Assembly (NCBI RefSeq): GCF_006345805.1 | Contig: NC_043007.1 | Span: forward strand, 16,926,001 to 16,990,000 | Origin: Octopus sinensis | Lineage: Eukaryota | DNA length: 64,000 nt | Reading direction: 5' to 3' | Part shown: positions 25,499-38,196 of the stretch, one piece after another | Numbering within the stretch: the stretch's first letter is position 1 | How the letters are laid out: each line of letters opens with the position of its first letter | Position numbers and translations under genes: made by a program | The notes under the pieces: generated by a model | Seen by the model: the letters and a program-made list of their open reading frames with translations, nothing else | Told to the model about the DNA's origin: nothing | Databases searched by the model: none

Positions 25499-25864
25499 GT
25501 GTACATCATGATCATTTAAGATCTATTTTCCATGCCTGTAAGGGGTTTGACAGTTTGACAAGAGCTGGCAAGCTAGGGAGCTGCACTTGGCCACATTGCT
25601 TTGTCTGCAAAGGTTCTATGGATGAATGCTCCATGTCTGAATGAAAGGGTCTACCTTTTCTCCTGTCTTTCTACATACCTTAGTAATCCCCCTTCACAGC
25701 CAACCTAACTTCTTTCTTGGAAACCCTCCCTTCCTTAGCCACCCTATAAGCAACTATGAATTAGACCCTTTTTTCTCCTTCAAATAATTGCCCTCCCCTT
25801 TCTCACTGTCTCACCTTCTCACACTTCTATAGTCATTATCCTTAAATTTTGACATCTATCCACA

Positions 25865-26065
25865 AACCCAACAACAGCAGTCCAAGAATTTGGACCTGGA
25901 GATTTCCATTTCCAGTGACTTTGAGGGCCACCTCCCAGTGGTGTCGGGCGTCAACAAAGAGCCCTCGACTACAACAAGACGACCAAAGTTTGATTTTTTT
26001 TTCAAAGTCTGGGGTCTCCCGCCCCTAAGCCCTAGACCATCACCTAATCACCCTTACCCATCTTG
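25865..26065 (+). repeat. Unclassified ~190-bp dispersed repeat; second copy at 48765-48955 (-)
   Basis: gtccaagaatttggacctggaga...cctaatcacccttac is near-identical in both places; (CAA)n-type flanks. Confidence 0.8.
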
Positions 26066-26604
26066 TTACTTAACAACGACAACAACAACAACAACAACTA
26101 ACCATCCTTCAATTACTACCCATCCCGACCCTTCCACTCCTCTTCCAACTCTCCACATCTACTACAATCTCTCTCAATACTCTGATGGTTAATCCCACTT
26201 CATTTTCTTGAACTGACTCTCTTATTTCCTTTCACACATCCCCCCACCCCCGCTTCAACACTTCCCCCACCCCCACCACCAAGCCTCCTACTTCCTCCCA
26301 CTAATACTGCTTGTTCTCCACATTTAATCATTCCACCTTCATTCTTTTTTCTAAAAATCCCCTTCTAAACAGAGTTATAGAGCATGCTTATCGATGTAAA
26401 CATTGGCAGAAACATACCTTTAGTTCATATAAGTGATATCTACCATTTTATATAATTTGAACATTGATTTTCTTCTTACATTTCACTTCCACTAGATATA
26501 TCTTTTTCCAAGACTTTAGGTTTTTTTAATTCACACATCGCTCTATATTTCTCATTTATTTGGTTTCTGCTTTTTTCTTTCCTTTACCCATCCTCTTTCT
26601 ATAG

Positions 26605-26799
26605 GCTACCTTTGACGTTATATCCTCTAACGTTTTTAAAAGAAAACTTAGTAGCATTCAGTTCATCAGAATCCATCATATTCTGTTAAAATGTCTTATT
26701 GACAAGTTTTATTTCTTCAATTCTAAAGAGATTACATTGTTTTACACCATTTTATTCCTTTGGAATAATACCAATGATGTCTTGAAACATGTGTCGGAA
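26605..26799 (+). CDS. Candidate internal exon of the unidentified upstream gene (ATFDVISSNVF...VLKHVSE)
   Basis: Very strong acceptor cctttacccatcctctttctatag, 195 nt stop-free in AT-rich DNA, phase 0-0, donor gtaaaa at 26800. Confidence 0.5.
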
Positions 26800-27017
26800 G
26801 TAAAAGAAATTTGAATAACACCTGCGTTTAACTTCATTTATTTATTTATATATATTATACAAAGTATTTCACATAAACCTGGAGTTTCTACCTTTAAAAA
26901 CAAGGTGTTACATCCTTTTTACTTGTGTGATTTTTTTGCTGCCCTGGTAACTGTTTATCTATTTTTTCTGAGTTAATTATAAACAAGGGAAAAATACACA
27001 CATCTATTTATACATAC

Positions 27018-27082
<65 letters not shown>

Positions 27083-27649
27083 GTTTAAATATTGTTGTGC
27101 AAGATTTTTTATGTGAAGTCGTGTGTTGAAACAGATATTGTTATATTTCGGAATGGTCATATTGCCAGTTTAGCCAATAAAAACACACGCACTATATATT
27201 TGGTGTTATTTTGCTTCAGTGATATTTATTTTTTACATTAATCTTAATCTTATTTTCGGCCAGAGTTCTTTCGTCACACTCCTGTGACCGCATCAGTGGT
27301 CCTTTGTTTTCTTCTTTCGATTTGTGTCTCTCCTAATAAACGTCAGCCATTTTGTATTTCTATTGCATGTCTTCATTTGCACATGCTTATATCTCTATGT
27401 GCGTCTATGTTTATTTAGTGTGTGTGTGGGGGGGATGCCTGTAATATTTGTATCTTCTGTTTATATACATTCATGTAATTTGTATTTTGTTTTTGTTGTT
27501 GTTGCTTTTGTTCTAATTTTGTTCATGTGTTTACATCCACCCATATTATTCATTCATATGCTTGTATGTATGTATAACAACAATATTAGTAATAATAATA
27601 AAAATCTATCGAAAAAGAAAAAAAAAAAAAAAATATATATATATACATA

Positions 27650-27810
27650 TAGGAAGGGCATTGGCGTTAGGAAGGGCATCCAGCTGTAGAAACACTGCCA
27701 GACTAGACTGGAGCCTGGGGCAGTCCGAGCTCCCCAGACCCGGTCGAAACCGTCCAACCGTGCTAGCGCGGAAAACGGACGTTAAACGATGATGATGATG
27801 ATGATGATGA
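27650..27810 (+). mobile_element. Short RTE tail fragment
   Basis: Tail motif ending in (gat)n; TA-rich flanks. Confidence 0.85.
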
Positions 27811-27836
27811 CATATACACATACATATACAATATAA

Positions 27837-27878
<42 letters not shown>

Positions 27879-27886
<8 letters not shown>

Positions 27887-28312
27887 ATTGGTGAATTGAA
27901 GAAATGGAGCTGAACGCAGATTGAACAGAAATCGTTTTATTTCATTCTACACGTGTTTCGAAAGGCACAAATTACCAAAATCCGATTGAATAATGGGACC
28001 ATATTGTGTCTTTCTCTTCAGGAAGAAAAAAGGAAATCCGTTGGAAAAACAAAAACAGAACAGAGGCGGAGCAAAAAACAAATCGAACTGTGCTCCTAAG
28101 AGCCCATGGCGAAACCTCTGTTCTGTTTTTGTTTTTGTTTTTGTTTTTCCAACGGATTTCCTTTTTTCTTCCTGAAGAGAAAGACACAATATGGTCCCAT
28201 TATTCAATTGGATTTTGGTAATTTGTGCCTTTCGAAAAACGTGTAGAATGAAATAAAACGATTTCTGTTCAATCTGCGTTCAGCTCCATTTCTTCATTCA
28301 CCAAAATGTTTT
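27879..28312. repeat. Long palindrome (~190-bp arms, ~49-nt spacer) carrying two inverted hammerhead motifs
   Basis: Left arm 27879-28065 is the near-perfect reverse complement of 28115-28312. Confidence 0.93.
27939..28030 (-). ncRNA. Predicted type I hammerhead ribozyme (Penelope-type)
   Basis: Manual fold of the minus strand: stem I ttc/gaa, CUGAAGA core, stem II GAAAG.CACAA/UUGUG.CUUUC, GAAA, stem III AC-acgu-GU, cleavage triplet GUA. Confidence 0.6.
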
Positions 28313-28458
28313 AATTTCAATTATCCGCACCAACGCACGGTTGCAACGCCAGATGGTTGTACCTCCAACCGTGCTGTTTACTGCTGTGATTTTTGCTACT
28401 AAGGTATTGGTTAAACTTTGAATCTACTACAAGATTATTCATCTTTCTATTTCACATA

Positions 28459-28532
<74 letters not shown>

Positions 28533-28696
28533 CATATACATACATAGATATATATACATATATATAGTTATTCATTTCTATTTGTTTATTTATCTGTGTA
28601 TTTATTTATTATGTTTTTGGGATCCTCTATCATCATATGTTGTGGTGTGTGCTATTGCTCCATTCTAGTTTTCTATTCAGGCTAGGTTTATTTTCT

Positions 28697-28958
28697 TATA
28701 TGTGTAGCTTCTGTAATGTCTAATTGTTGCATCTGTTCTATGTGTGGACAATATCTTAATCTCTATGTTAATGATTGATCCCCCGTGTTCCTGTTCGGCG
28801 TGTTGGTACAGAATCGATGAGCTTTTACCTCATCGATTCTGTACCAACACGCCGAACAGGAGCAGCACGGGGGATCAATCAATAACATAGAGATAAGATA
28901 TTGTCCACACATAGAACAGATGCAACAATTAGACAAATTACAGAAGCTACACATATAA
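28697..28958. repeat. Near-perfect long hairpin (~125-bp arms, 6-nt loop)
   Basis: ...gtaccaacacgccgaacagg... is mirrored around atcgatgag-ctttac-ctcatcgat. Confidence 0.9.
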
Positions 28959-28977
28959 TAAAATATATATATATATT

Positions 28978-29011
<34 letters not shown>

Positions 29012-29119
29012 TACACACACACATAGATATACATATATATACATACATACATACACATATATATATATATATACATACATACATACATACATACATGCAC
29101 ACATACATACATACATACA

Positions 29120-29155
<36 letters not shown>

Positions 29156-29464
29156 TATACTTATATGTATATATATATATACATGTATGTATGTATATAT
29201 ATATATATATATGGTGGTGGTGGTGGTGGTGGTTCTAGTGGTGGTGGTAATGGCAATGATGACAATGGTTTTGTTATTGCCTTTGCTGCTGCTGTTCTTG
29301 TTCTTGTTCTTGTCATCATCGTCTCTGATGGTCTTGATTTAGCTCCAAATAGTTCCCGACAGAAGAGAACTCTGAGCAAAGGTGTTCCAGCTGTGATCAT
29401 CCTATCTTTCTGTATATCAATGGACATTATTGTCCATTATCCAACGTATCCTCCTTTATTTAAG

Positions 29465-29539
29465 ACAGTAGAACGTGAATCAAAAATGATTTGGCAACAA
29501 TTTCTAACAGGTTGGGCAAACATGGATATCCTACAATAA
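29465..29539 (+). CDS. Candidate exon [16 protein letters not shown](WANMDILQ*): terminal, or internal with a donor at 29511
   Basis: Acceptor cctcctttatttaag; phase 0 entry compatible with the 26605-26799 exon; only one frame is open. Confidence 0.33.
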   Translation, partial: TVERESKMIWQQFLTGWANMDILQ

Positions 29540-29720
29540 GGTGTTATCCCTAATGACTGCAGTACTAGCTATGTCGTCAACCTATTCTACGAACTAAGTA
29601 GATATACTGGGAAGGAGTAATTAGATAGGCCTCAAACTGATGAACCAGCTCATAAAAATAACATTGAGATGTTAGAAAACGTAATAGAAGTATCACAGAA
29701 TAGCATTAGCTTGGATATGA

Positions 29721-29948
29721 TTAATCCTTTCGTTACCAGCCCGGCTGAAACCAGCTCTGGCTCTGAGTACAAATGTCTTGTTTTCGTAAGTTTTGAATTA
29801 AAATCTTCCACCATTCTTTAGTCATAATTTATGTTCCTAATACTAGCTTAATGATATCTAAGTTATTTTACTAAATTCTTTGGTATATTTAAAGTAATTG
29901 AAAGAAACAGAGAGCACATCAACAGAAATACAGTAACAAAAGGGTTAA
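29721..29948. mobile_element. piggyBac-type MITE copy 1
   Basis: TTAA-(t/c)ccttt(c)gttacc...gtaacaaaagggTTAA; about 230 bp; related copy at 33818. Confidence 0.75.
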
Positions 29949-30295
29949 GGCCTGGTTTGTACATCTTTTCCTGTTTGTCACGGATTCATTCATCACTGAT
30001 CCAGGATAACATAGTTTGTTCCAAAAAATTCAAATCGGACCATGTTAACACCAAAAATTATTTACATCAAAAAGGTGCTTTTTTCCTATGAAAATCCCTA
30101 TTTTTTTACTACTGTGTCACCATTTTCCAGTGTATTTCAACCAGAAAAATATTCACTTAAAGGAATAACAAGCTACATAATGCAAAATTTTTACTTTTCA
30201 AAAATTCCAATTCTAAAGGGTCAAAAAGAAAACAAGCCCGAGCAACACTGAGCTATACTGCTAGTAAATGATACAGACAAATGTATTCTCTACAG

Positions 30296-30361
30296 GAAAC
30301 GGTAGAGGTGATGAAGAAAATATGTGATGATAGAAGCTTTGCTGCAGTGGCTGCAAGTTTG
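30296..30361 (+). CDS. Candidate 66-nt exon ETVEVMKKICDDRSFAAVAASL
   Basis: Acceptor tattctctacag, donor gtatca at 30362, phase 0-0, only one open frame; the donor is weak. Confidence 0.33.
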
Positions 30362-32007
30362 GTATCAATGAATCTATATTCATTTACAAATGTATTGAGA
30401 TGTTTCTTTTATCACTTTATCTGTGTGTGTGTGCTTTCTTTTTTTTTTTTTTGAAACCAACCTTCCGTGATAAACAAGGATAGATGTACTGGGTTGTTAA
30501 ACTATGAAGATATTATATTTTAAATGCAAGAACTGTATAAGTTCTTATCTAGAAGCAAACAACCTTCCTTTGTATTTTTCATATGAAAATAGACCTGTAA
30601 CACAGTGTTATGCTCTGTTAGGCCTGAATATCTTTTGCCACCATCATAAACATTTATTACAACTTCATTACTAACCTACCAAAGAGAAACTACTAGCTCA
30701 TATGAAATAGAGCTGCATACTTAACTTCTAAAAACATGCATCTTTACGCTGCCAGTTACAAATGCACATTATACACTGGAAAACGTAGTCCTAGATACCC
30801 CGTGTCAGAATAAAAGATAAGGTGGTCCCTGCTGGAATACTTTTGACCATAGCTCTACTTAATCGGAACCAACCTGAGACAATAACAACAACAGCTGCCA
30901 TCATGACCCTGCTTCCTTTCATAAGTTGTGTTTGGTTGGGAAAATAAAAATGAATAACTTATTAGAAGACTGCAAACTTTCTCAGCTGATAGAATTTTAC
31001 ATAAAAAAAAATTAATTTCAATGGAACATACCTAGAAGATATTTTTTAAGCTATTTGGTACCATATTTCTGTTGAAATACTCTACCTTTATTTCAATTAA
31101 TTTTGAAAATATTGAAGAATTTAATAAAAAAAACTTTGTCATTTTAAACAGAAAGTTTGTAACATAGAACCAGGGGCAATTTGAGAAGGGTTGAAATCAA
31201 ATGGGTTAATTGCAAGACGCAACGAAAATTTTAGGAAAATAAAAATAAGTGGAAATTCTACCGGTGAGTGTGTTACATTATAAGGCACAAAAAGAAAATT
31301 ACTCTCCCCAGACACAACAGAATATGCTTCAACACACGAACTCATATAAAGAATCTTGCAAATTAAATCTAAAAACGAAATAATTTTTATCAGTTTCCTA
31401 ATAACTTACGTTACAAAATGCCATATTACAAGTTTTCATCACAATAAGTTCAGTTACAATTTTGTCACAATGCATTTTGTTGCGATTCATTTGATTAATA
31501 TATCACTGGCCACATTTTTTGGATTACAAAACTATGGTTATAAAGTTTTATTGTCTTAGAGGAGCTTTGTGAAAGACATATATCCCCCAAGTTAAGGAAG
31601 AGTATTTAACAAGGCAGCTGAGGTCTGTTGATCCTGGAGGTCTACAAATGTAATACGCAGGGTTTGTGAATTGTGTTCAAAATTTTAATAATGCTGCAAT
31701 GTAAAATGTATAATTACTTAATTAATGTAATTATCAGTTACATGTTTTGGTTGAGAGACAAGACTGGGAAAACTTGTTTGGTATTAGCCAAGGAAGTTGA
31801 TTTATTGGGATAGCAGACTTTTCAAAAACTTGGGATCCATAGGAAAATATATGAAAAATAAAAGGGAGTCCACAGTTGTGAGAAATTTGGGGAAGCACTG
31901 ATCTAGCTGTTTGCAACAACGAATTTACCAAAATTACTGACTTTTACATAATTAGGGACTGATGTTCAAAGTGGATTGACCAGTGGTGTTAAGTTTTTTT
32001 TTTTTTT

Positions 32008-32289
32008 TCCCTTCTCGAGCCATGCCTGGCTCATAAGGACCGGTTTCCCGGTTTTCTTGGCATATAGGTTCCCCACCTAGATGGGATGCCAGTCCGTCAC
32101 AGCTGAGCTGCAAAATGCAGGAGGAAAGAGTGAAAGTTGTGGCGAAAGAGTCATCAGAAGTTCACCATTACCTTCTGCCGGAGCCGTGTGGAGCCTAGGT
32201 GTTCACTCATAAACACACATATTGCCCGGTCTGAGATTCGAACCCACGATCTCGAGTCCGCTGCTCTAACCACTAGGCCATATGCCTCC
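32008..32289 (-). mobile_element. SINE C with a 13-bp TSD
   Basis: TSD cagtggtgttaag at 31981-31993 and 32291-32303. Confidence 0.88.
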
Positions 32290-32684
32290 ACAGTGGTGTT
32301 AAGTGCGCAATATCTCTTATTAAACTGAAAGAGGACGTCAATAAAAAAATAAAAAATGAAGAATCCAAAAACTTAAAATAACTTCCACCACATCCTACAT
32401 TTATTTACTACTTCTCTGCCCACTTGAATAATTTTTTAGCAACAACAACAACAACAGCAGCAGCAGCAGCAGTGACTACGACTACTTGTCAATTGGTTAT
32501 GAATGCTGTGAATCAGGACAGTTTTAGCTGATTTCCTGACAAAATTGTTGGTATATAAAAACCCATACGCTCTCATTCCAGGAACCATTCTGTTATGTTT
32601 CGTCCATGAGTACTGATAGCCATAGGTATTGTTAAATTCTCAACCGGACCACAGTATTTCTGCACAGACTGAACTGGAAGAGAA

Positions 32685-32732
<48 letters not shown>

Positions 32733-32768
32733 TGAAAAAAAAAACTTACAGATCATATAAAAAACAAA

Positions 32769-32850
32769 ATGGGGCACTCAAATTCCACATGTTGTGTAAG
32801 GAAAAGTAAAACCAATGAACGTGTTCTAATGTTGGGTCTGGACGATGCAG
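32769..32850 (+). CDS. ARL-like GTPase coding exon 1 (MGHSNS...GLDDA-G)
   Basis: ATG at 32769; MG..S N-terminus and first half of the P-loop; donor gtacag at 32851. Confidence 0.88.
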
Positions 32851-35800
32851 GTACAGTTGGATATTTTCTTTTTTTTACTTTTATTTTATTTTTACTGTTG
32901 TCTTCTAAACTCTTTTGTTGCCAGATTTATTTTGAAATTTTGAAATCCGCTGCTTTTGTTTCAAGTAATTTTGAAAATAGTAAATAATTTAATTTAATTA
33001 AAATAAAAAAAAAACTTTGTCATTATTAAGCTGGTGTAAAGTGGTTGACTTGGCTAAATCATTAGCACACCAGGTAAAATGCTTAGCGGCATGTTGTCTG
33101 TTTTTATGTTCTGAGTTCAAATTCTGCTGAGGTTGACTTTGCCTTCATCCTTTCAAGGTTGATAAAATAAGTACCAGTTGAACACTGAGGTTGATATAAT
33201 TGATCTACCCCTCTCCTAAAATTGCTGGTCTTGTGCCAAAATTTGAAACCATTATTAAAGCTGGTATGTGGAATATACATTAACATGAAATTTTAGCAGA
33301 AAATTTTAATATAGATTATTTTAAACAGGAAATTTGTTATCAAAGAACCAGGGGCAGTGCTGTCCTAGGGCATGAAGACACTGGGCAGTTGCCTATGGGC
33401 CTCATGAAGGCCTAGTTCTGATATAAGTATGCTGTGGTTGGCTATCAATAAATAAATATTACAGGGCACAGAGCACTGATTTGCTCAGGGGCCTCAAGTG
33501 TCTAGAGGTCCAGCTCTGCTTTATATAATACTATGGTTTGCTATCAATAAATAAATACAATAAGGCCCAGTGTTTTGATTTGCCTGGAGGCCTATAATGC
33601 TGCTAAGGTGGCCCTGATCAGGGGTATTTTCAGCAAAGTTAGTATCAGTAAGATTTATTATTTTCAATTTCTTCATCACTTCTGTTACAATTTCTCATGT
33701 TACAACAAGCTCTTTATCACAATAAGTTTCATTACATGTCTGTTACAATACCTCCTGTTACAGTACTGTTACAATAGGTCTACTTACAGAAACATTTATT
33801 ATATTACAATGAATTATTTAACCCTTTCATCACCAACCCGGCCGAAACTGCCTCTGGCCCTGTAGTACAAATGTCTTGTTTACTTAAGTTCTGAATTAAA
33901 ATCTTTCACCAAACCTTAGTCACAATTTATGTTACTAACACTAGCTTAATGGTAACTAAGTTATTTTACTAAATTTTTCGTTATATTTAAAATAATTGAA
34001 AGAAACACAGAGCATCTCAAAAATAAATACGGTAATGAAAGGGTTGATTTTAATAAATTCTATTACATTTTAAACAGTGATTATAAAATGTTATAAATTC
34101 TATCACAATACAGAAATATTGTGTGACAGTGGCCTTAACAGAACTATTACAATACTTGTTTTACAAATAACTTTTGTGTTACAAAAGGTTCAGTTTTTGA
34201 TATGTGGTTAAATGTCTATAAGTTCTTTTACAATAAGTTAATTTATAGAAACGTTGAGCCACAACAGTTTCTGTTTTAAAGTTCTCTTTTACTCTTTTAC
34301 CTGTTTCAGTCATTTGACTGCAGCCATGCTGGAGCACCGCCTTTAGTAGAGCAAATTGACCCTAGAACTTATTCTTTGTAAGCCTAGTATTCTATTGGTC
34401 TCTTTTGCCGAACCGCCTAGTTACGGGGACGTAAACACGCCAGCATCGGTTATCAAGCGATGTTGGGGGGACAAACACAGACACACAAACATACACACAC
34501 ACACACACACATACGACAGGCTTCTTTCAGTTTCTGTCTACCAAATCTACTCACAAGGCATTGGTCAGCCCGAGGCTATAGTAGAAGACACTTGCCCAAG
34601 GTGTCACACAGTGGGACTGAACCCAGAACCATGTGGTTCATAAGCAAGCTACTTACCACACAGCCACTCCTAAGCCTACAGTGACCATTTCTGCTATAAT
34701 TATGTCACAATTGTGTTAAAATAATATTTGTTACAAATCCAGTATATACAATTGAGACACTGTTAAATTACAATAGTCATCTGTGCGTTATACTTAATGT
34801 ATATACACAATTGATAGGCCAGCTAGTGCAGTATTTGTCCTCAGATAACACCTTTTATGTAAATTGTGTTAAAAACACAATAACTATCAGAGGCAAAAAT
34901 TCATTCCAGCAATGGCTTAGGAGAGTGTTAAGTACATTTTGGCTTCCTGGGGCCTTTTCAATGGTGTATACTTGCAGCCAGATACATGTTTGGATGAGAA
35001 TTGATCATCTCTGATATATGAAAAAGTTAATAACATATTCACTGATGTTACAAATAGCAACCTGGTTGAATAAAATTCTACTATATGCAGCTGAGGCAGT
35101 ATTTAATTAAAATGGTCAATAATTTATCATATTTAATGTATAGGCACAGGAGTGGCTGTGTGGTAAATAGCTTGCTGACCAACCACATGGGTTCGGGTTC
35201 AGTCCAACTGCGTGGCACCTTGGGCAAGTGTCTTCTGCTATAGCCTCGGGCTGACCAAAGACTTGTGAGTAGACTTGGTAGACGGAAACTGAAAGAAGCC
35301 CGTCGTGTATATGTATATATATATGTATGTGTTTGTATGTCTGCTTGTCTCCCTAACATCGCTTGACACCCGATGCTGGTGTGCTTACGTCCCCGTAACT
35401 TAGTGGTTCGGCAAAAGAGACCGATAGAGTAAGTACCAGGCTTACAAAGAATAAGTCCTGGAGTCGATTTCCTCGACAAAAGGCGGTGCTCCATCATGGC
35501 CGCAGTCAAATGATTGAAACAAGTAAAAGAGTAAAAAGAGTGTACGCAGTTGATAGGCCAGTTACTGCAGTAGTTATCATGAGATAATATCTTTTATGGA
35601 TCTCCTGTGTTAAAAACGCAATAAATATCAAAGAGAAACCAAAACTCATCCAAGCAGTGGCTACTAAGAGCCCCAGATGCATTTCAGCTGTCAATCTCTC
35701 AAAGTGTATGTCATTACAATGTCTGCTATTACCAGAAATTTTGTTATTACTAATTTACTATAATTCTCTTCAATTAAATTTTGCAATGATTAGTCTTGTT

Positions 35801-38143
35801 AGAATTAGGTTAATTACAATAAGCCTATTGACATTTAGTTTTGTAGAAGATAAACTATTTGTCAGACTGTATATATTGGGTCATCCCATAAATAATGCAC
35901 TTTTTTCAATTGCATCAACTAAAAGTCAGAGAGGGACAAGATAAGCTATCTGCATCAACTTGCTATAAAAGCAGGTAGTAATTTTACCTTGTCCTTATTC
36001 TTAGTGCAAGTTTTGAAGAGTGCAGTTCGATCTTCACAGTTATGTTTTCAAAGCTATAATGGAAGTGACAAAGGAGCATATTCAGCATATTTTGCTTTAT
36101 GAGTTTAATAAAGGCAACAATGCAACGGAAAGTGTGAAAAATATTAATGAAGTATGTAGGAATTGAACAATAAGTGTAAGTCAGTGTCAACGGTGGTTCC
36201 AGAAGTTCCAAGCCAGAAACTACAGCCTAGAAGACAAGCCACATCCTGGAAGATCTGTAGAGCTCAACGAGGACATCCTGCAAACCCTGGTGGAGCAAAA
36301 GTCCCATTGTAACAGTTGAGAAACTAGCAGAGAAGCTTGGGTTTGAACATTCAACTATTCATCAACACCTGCGTGCCATTGGAAAAGTCAGTAAATTTGG
36401 TCAATGGATCCCTCACAAACTATACGAGTTTAATCGCATGCAGAGAGTGAATGTGTGCTCTTCTTTGCTGCCACGTATCACAAATGAACCTTTTTTGGAC
36501 CAAATAATGACTGGCGACAAGAAATGGATTCTCTATAAAATGTCAAGTGCTGAAGACAGTAGGTAGGGAAAGGAGGAACACCAGCACCTCAGGCTAAAGA
36601 TGGTCTTCACCCCCGTAAGGTGTTGTTATCTGTTTGGTGGGATATGAAAGGTTTAGTCCATTTTGCACTTTTAAACTCAAACCAAATAATTACAAAGGAG
36701 ATCTACTGCAAGCATCTTGAGCAGCTTAAGTCAGCACTAGAAGTAAAACGACCATCTTTGGTTTCGAGACGAAAGGTGAACTTCCATCAAGATAATGCTT
36801 GGCCACATACAGCAAGAATGACATTCCAAAGGGTGGAGCAGTTTGAATGGGAAACAATACCCCACCCACCATATTTGCCAGACATTGCCCCATCTGACTA
36901 TCATTTATTCTGCAGTCTACAAAATCATTTGGACAGAAAAAATATGAATTCTGCAGTTGAGGTCAGAACAATATTGGGGGAGGATTTTTCATCAAGGACA
37001 AGTGAATTTTGCACGTCTACTAGATAGATGAAAGAACATTGTAGAAAATGAAACAGATTTTAGATTAAAAAGGAACTTTTTTATACTATAAGTATAAAAA
37101 AATCTGCATTATCTATTGGATGATTCAGTATATATATATGAACCAGACTATTGATGTATGTGTATATATATATATAATATTAGGGAGTATAACTCCAAAC
37201 TTACAGGGAAAAATTCAATTTAGTATTAAATCAAATTTCACATATTGATCATTCATTTTATACTTTTCGATATCTAGTTATAAGTTATATGTTTTATAAA
37301 AAATATATGTTATTTGTTATTTATATATTGGTTTATGTCTATCACTGTTTGAGTTGCATAATAGTGGTTTTATCTCTAATTTATATTTTATATATATATA
37401 TAACATTAAGTAAAGTGGAGGACAGACTTTTAGAGGTCAAATTCCTTTATCAAAACTCATAAATGGTATCAAACCAGTCTTAATATATAAATCGTGAGAA
37501 TACGAAATACATAGATGTTGATTCAGTAGAACTTTTAGGTGTCAAGCATTCCAATATTACAAGCCAACAATGAAGTTAGATGAGCAGTAGTATAAAATAA
37601 CATACATAGCCTTAAGATCGTTTCAGGAAATTGTGTTTGTATTGGGCAAATCTTTCAACCAATATAAACGCCCACATTTCCCTCATCAGATGTACGCAAT
37701 TAAAATATTTTTTAAATAGTTTAAAGATAGTTTAACACTAGTTTTAAAATATTATCTACTTACAGAGTGTAGGAGTGTTTCAAAATAATGTTATAGTTTT
37801 TTAGAAAGGCTTGTAAAGATATTTTTAAAATCTTTGTAAAATGAAAAATATTTGTAAAAATAGAATATTTGTAAAAATAGAATATTCGTGCAAATAATGA
37901 TGAAAAAATTTGTAAAAGTAGAATGCAAAATTCCACAAAATTGTGAATGTTATATCGAATATTTTTTTATAATAGATAGATAGATAGATACATAGATGGA
38001 TAGCAACCAGAATATTGATGTTTCTATGCATATATACACACACACACATATATATATGTATAATATATATATATATATGTATATATATATGTGTATATAT
38101 ATATATATATATATAATATATATTATATATATATATAATATAT

Positions 38144-38196
<53 letters not shown>

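Noticed and set aside
32769-32987. 72-aa single-exon ORF beginning MGHSNS
   Set aside because: The P-loop is cut at GLDDAG by a donor site; the remainder is T-rich intron read-through. It is treated as exon 1 of the spliced gene.
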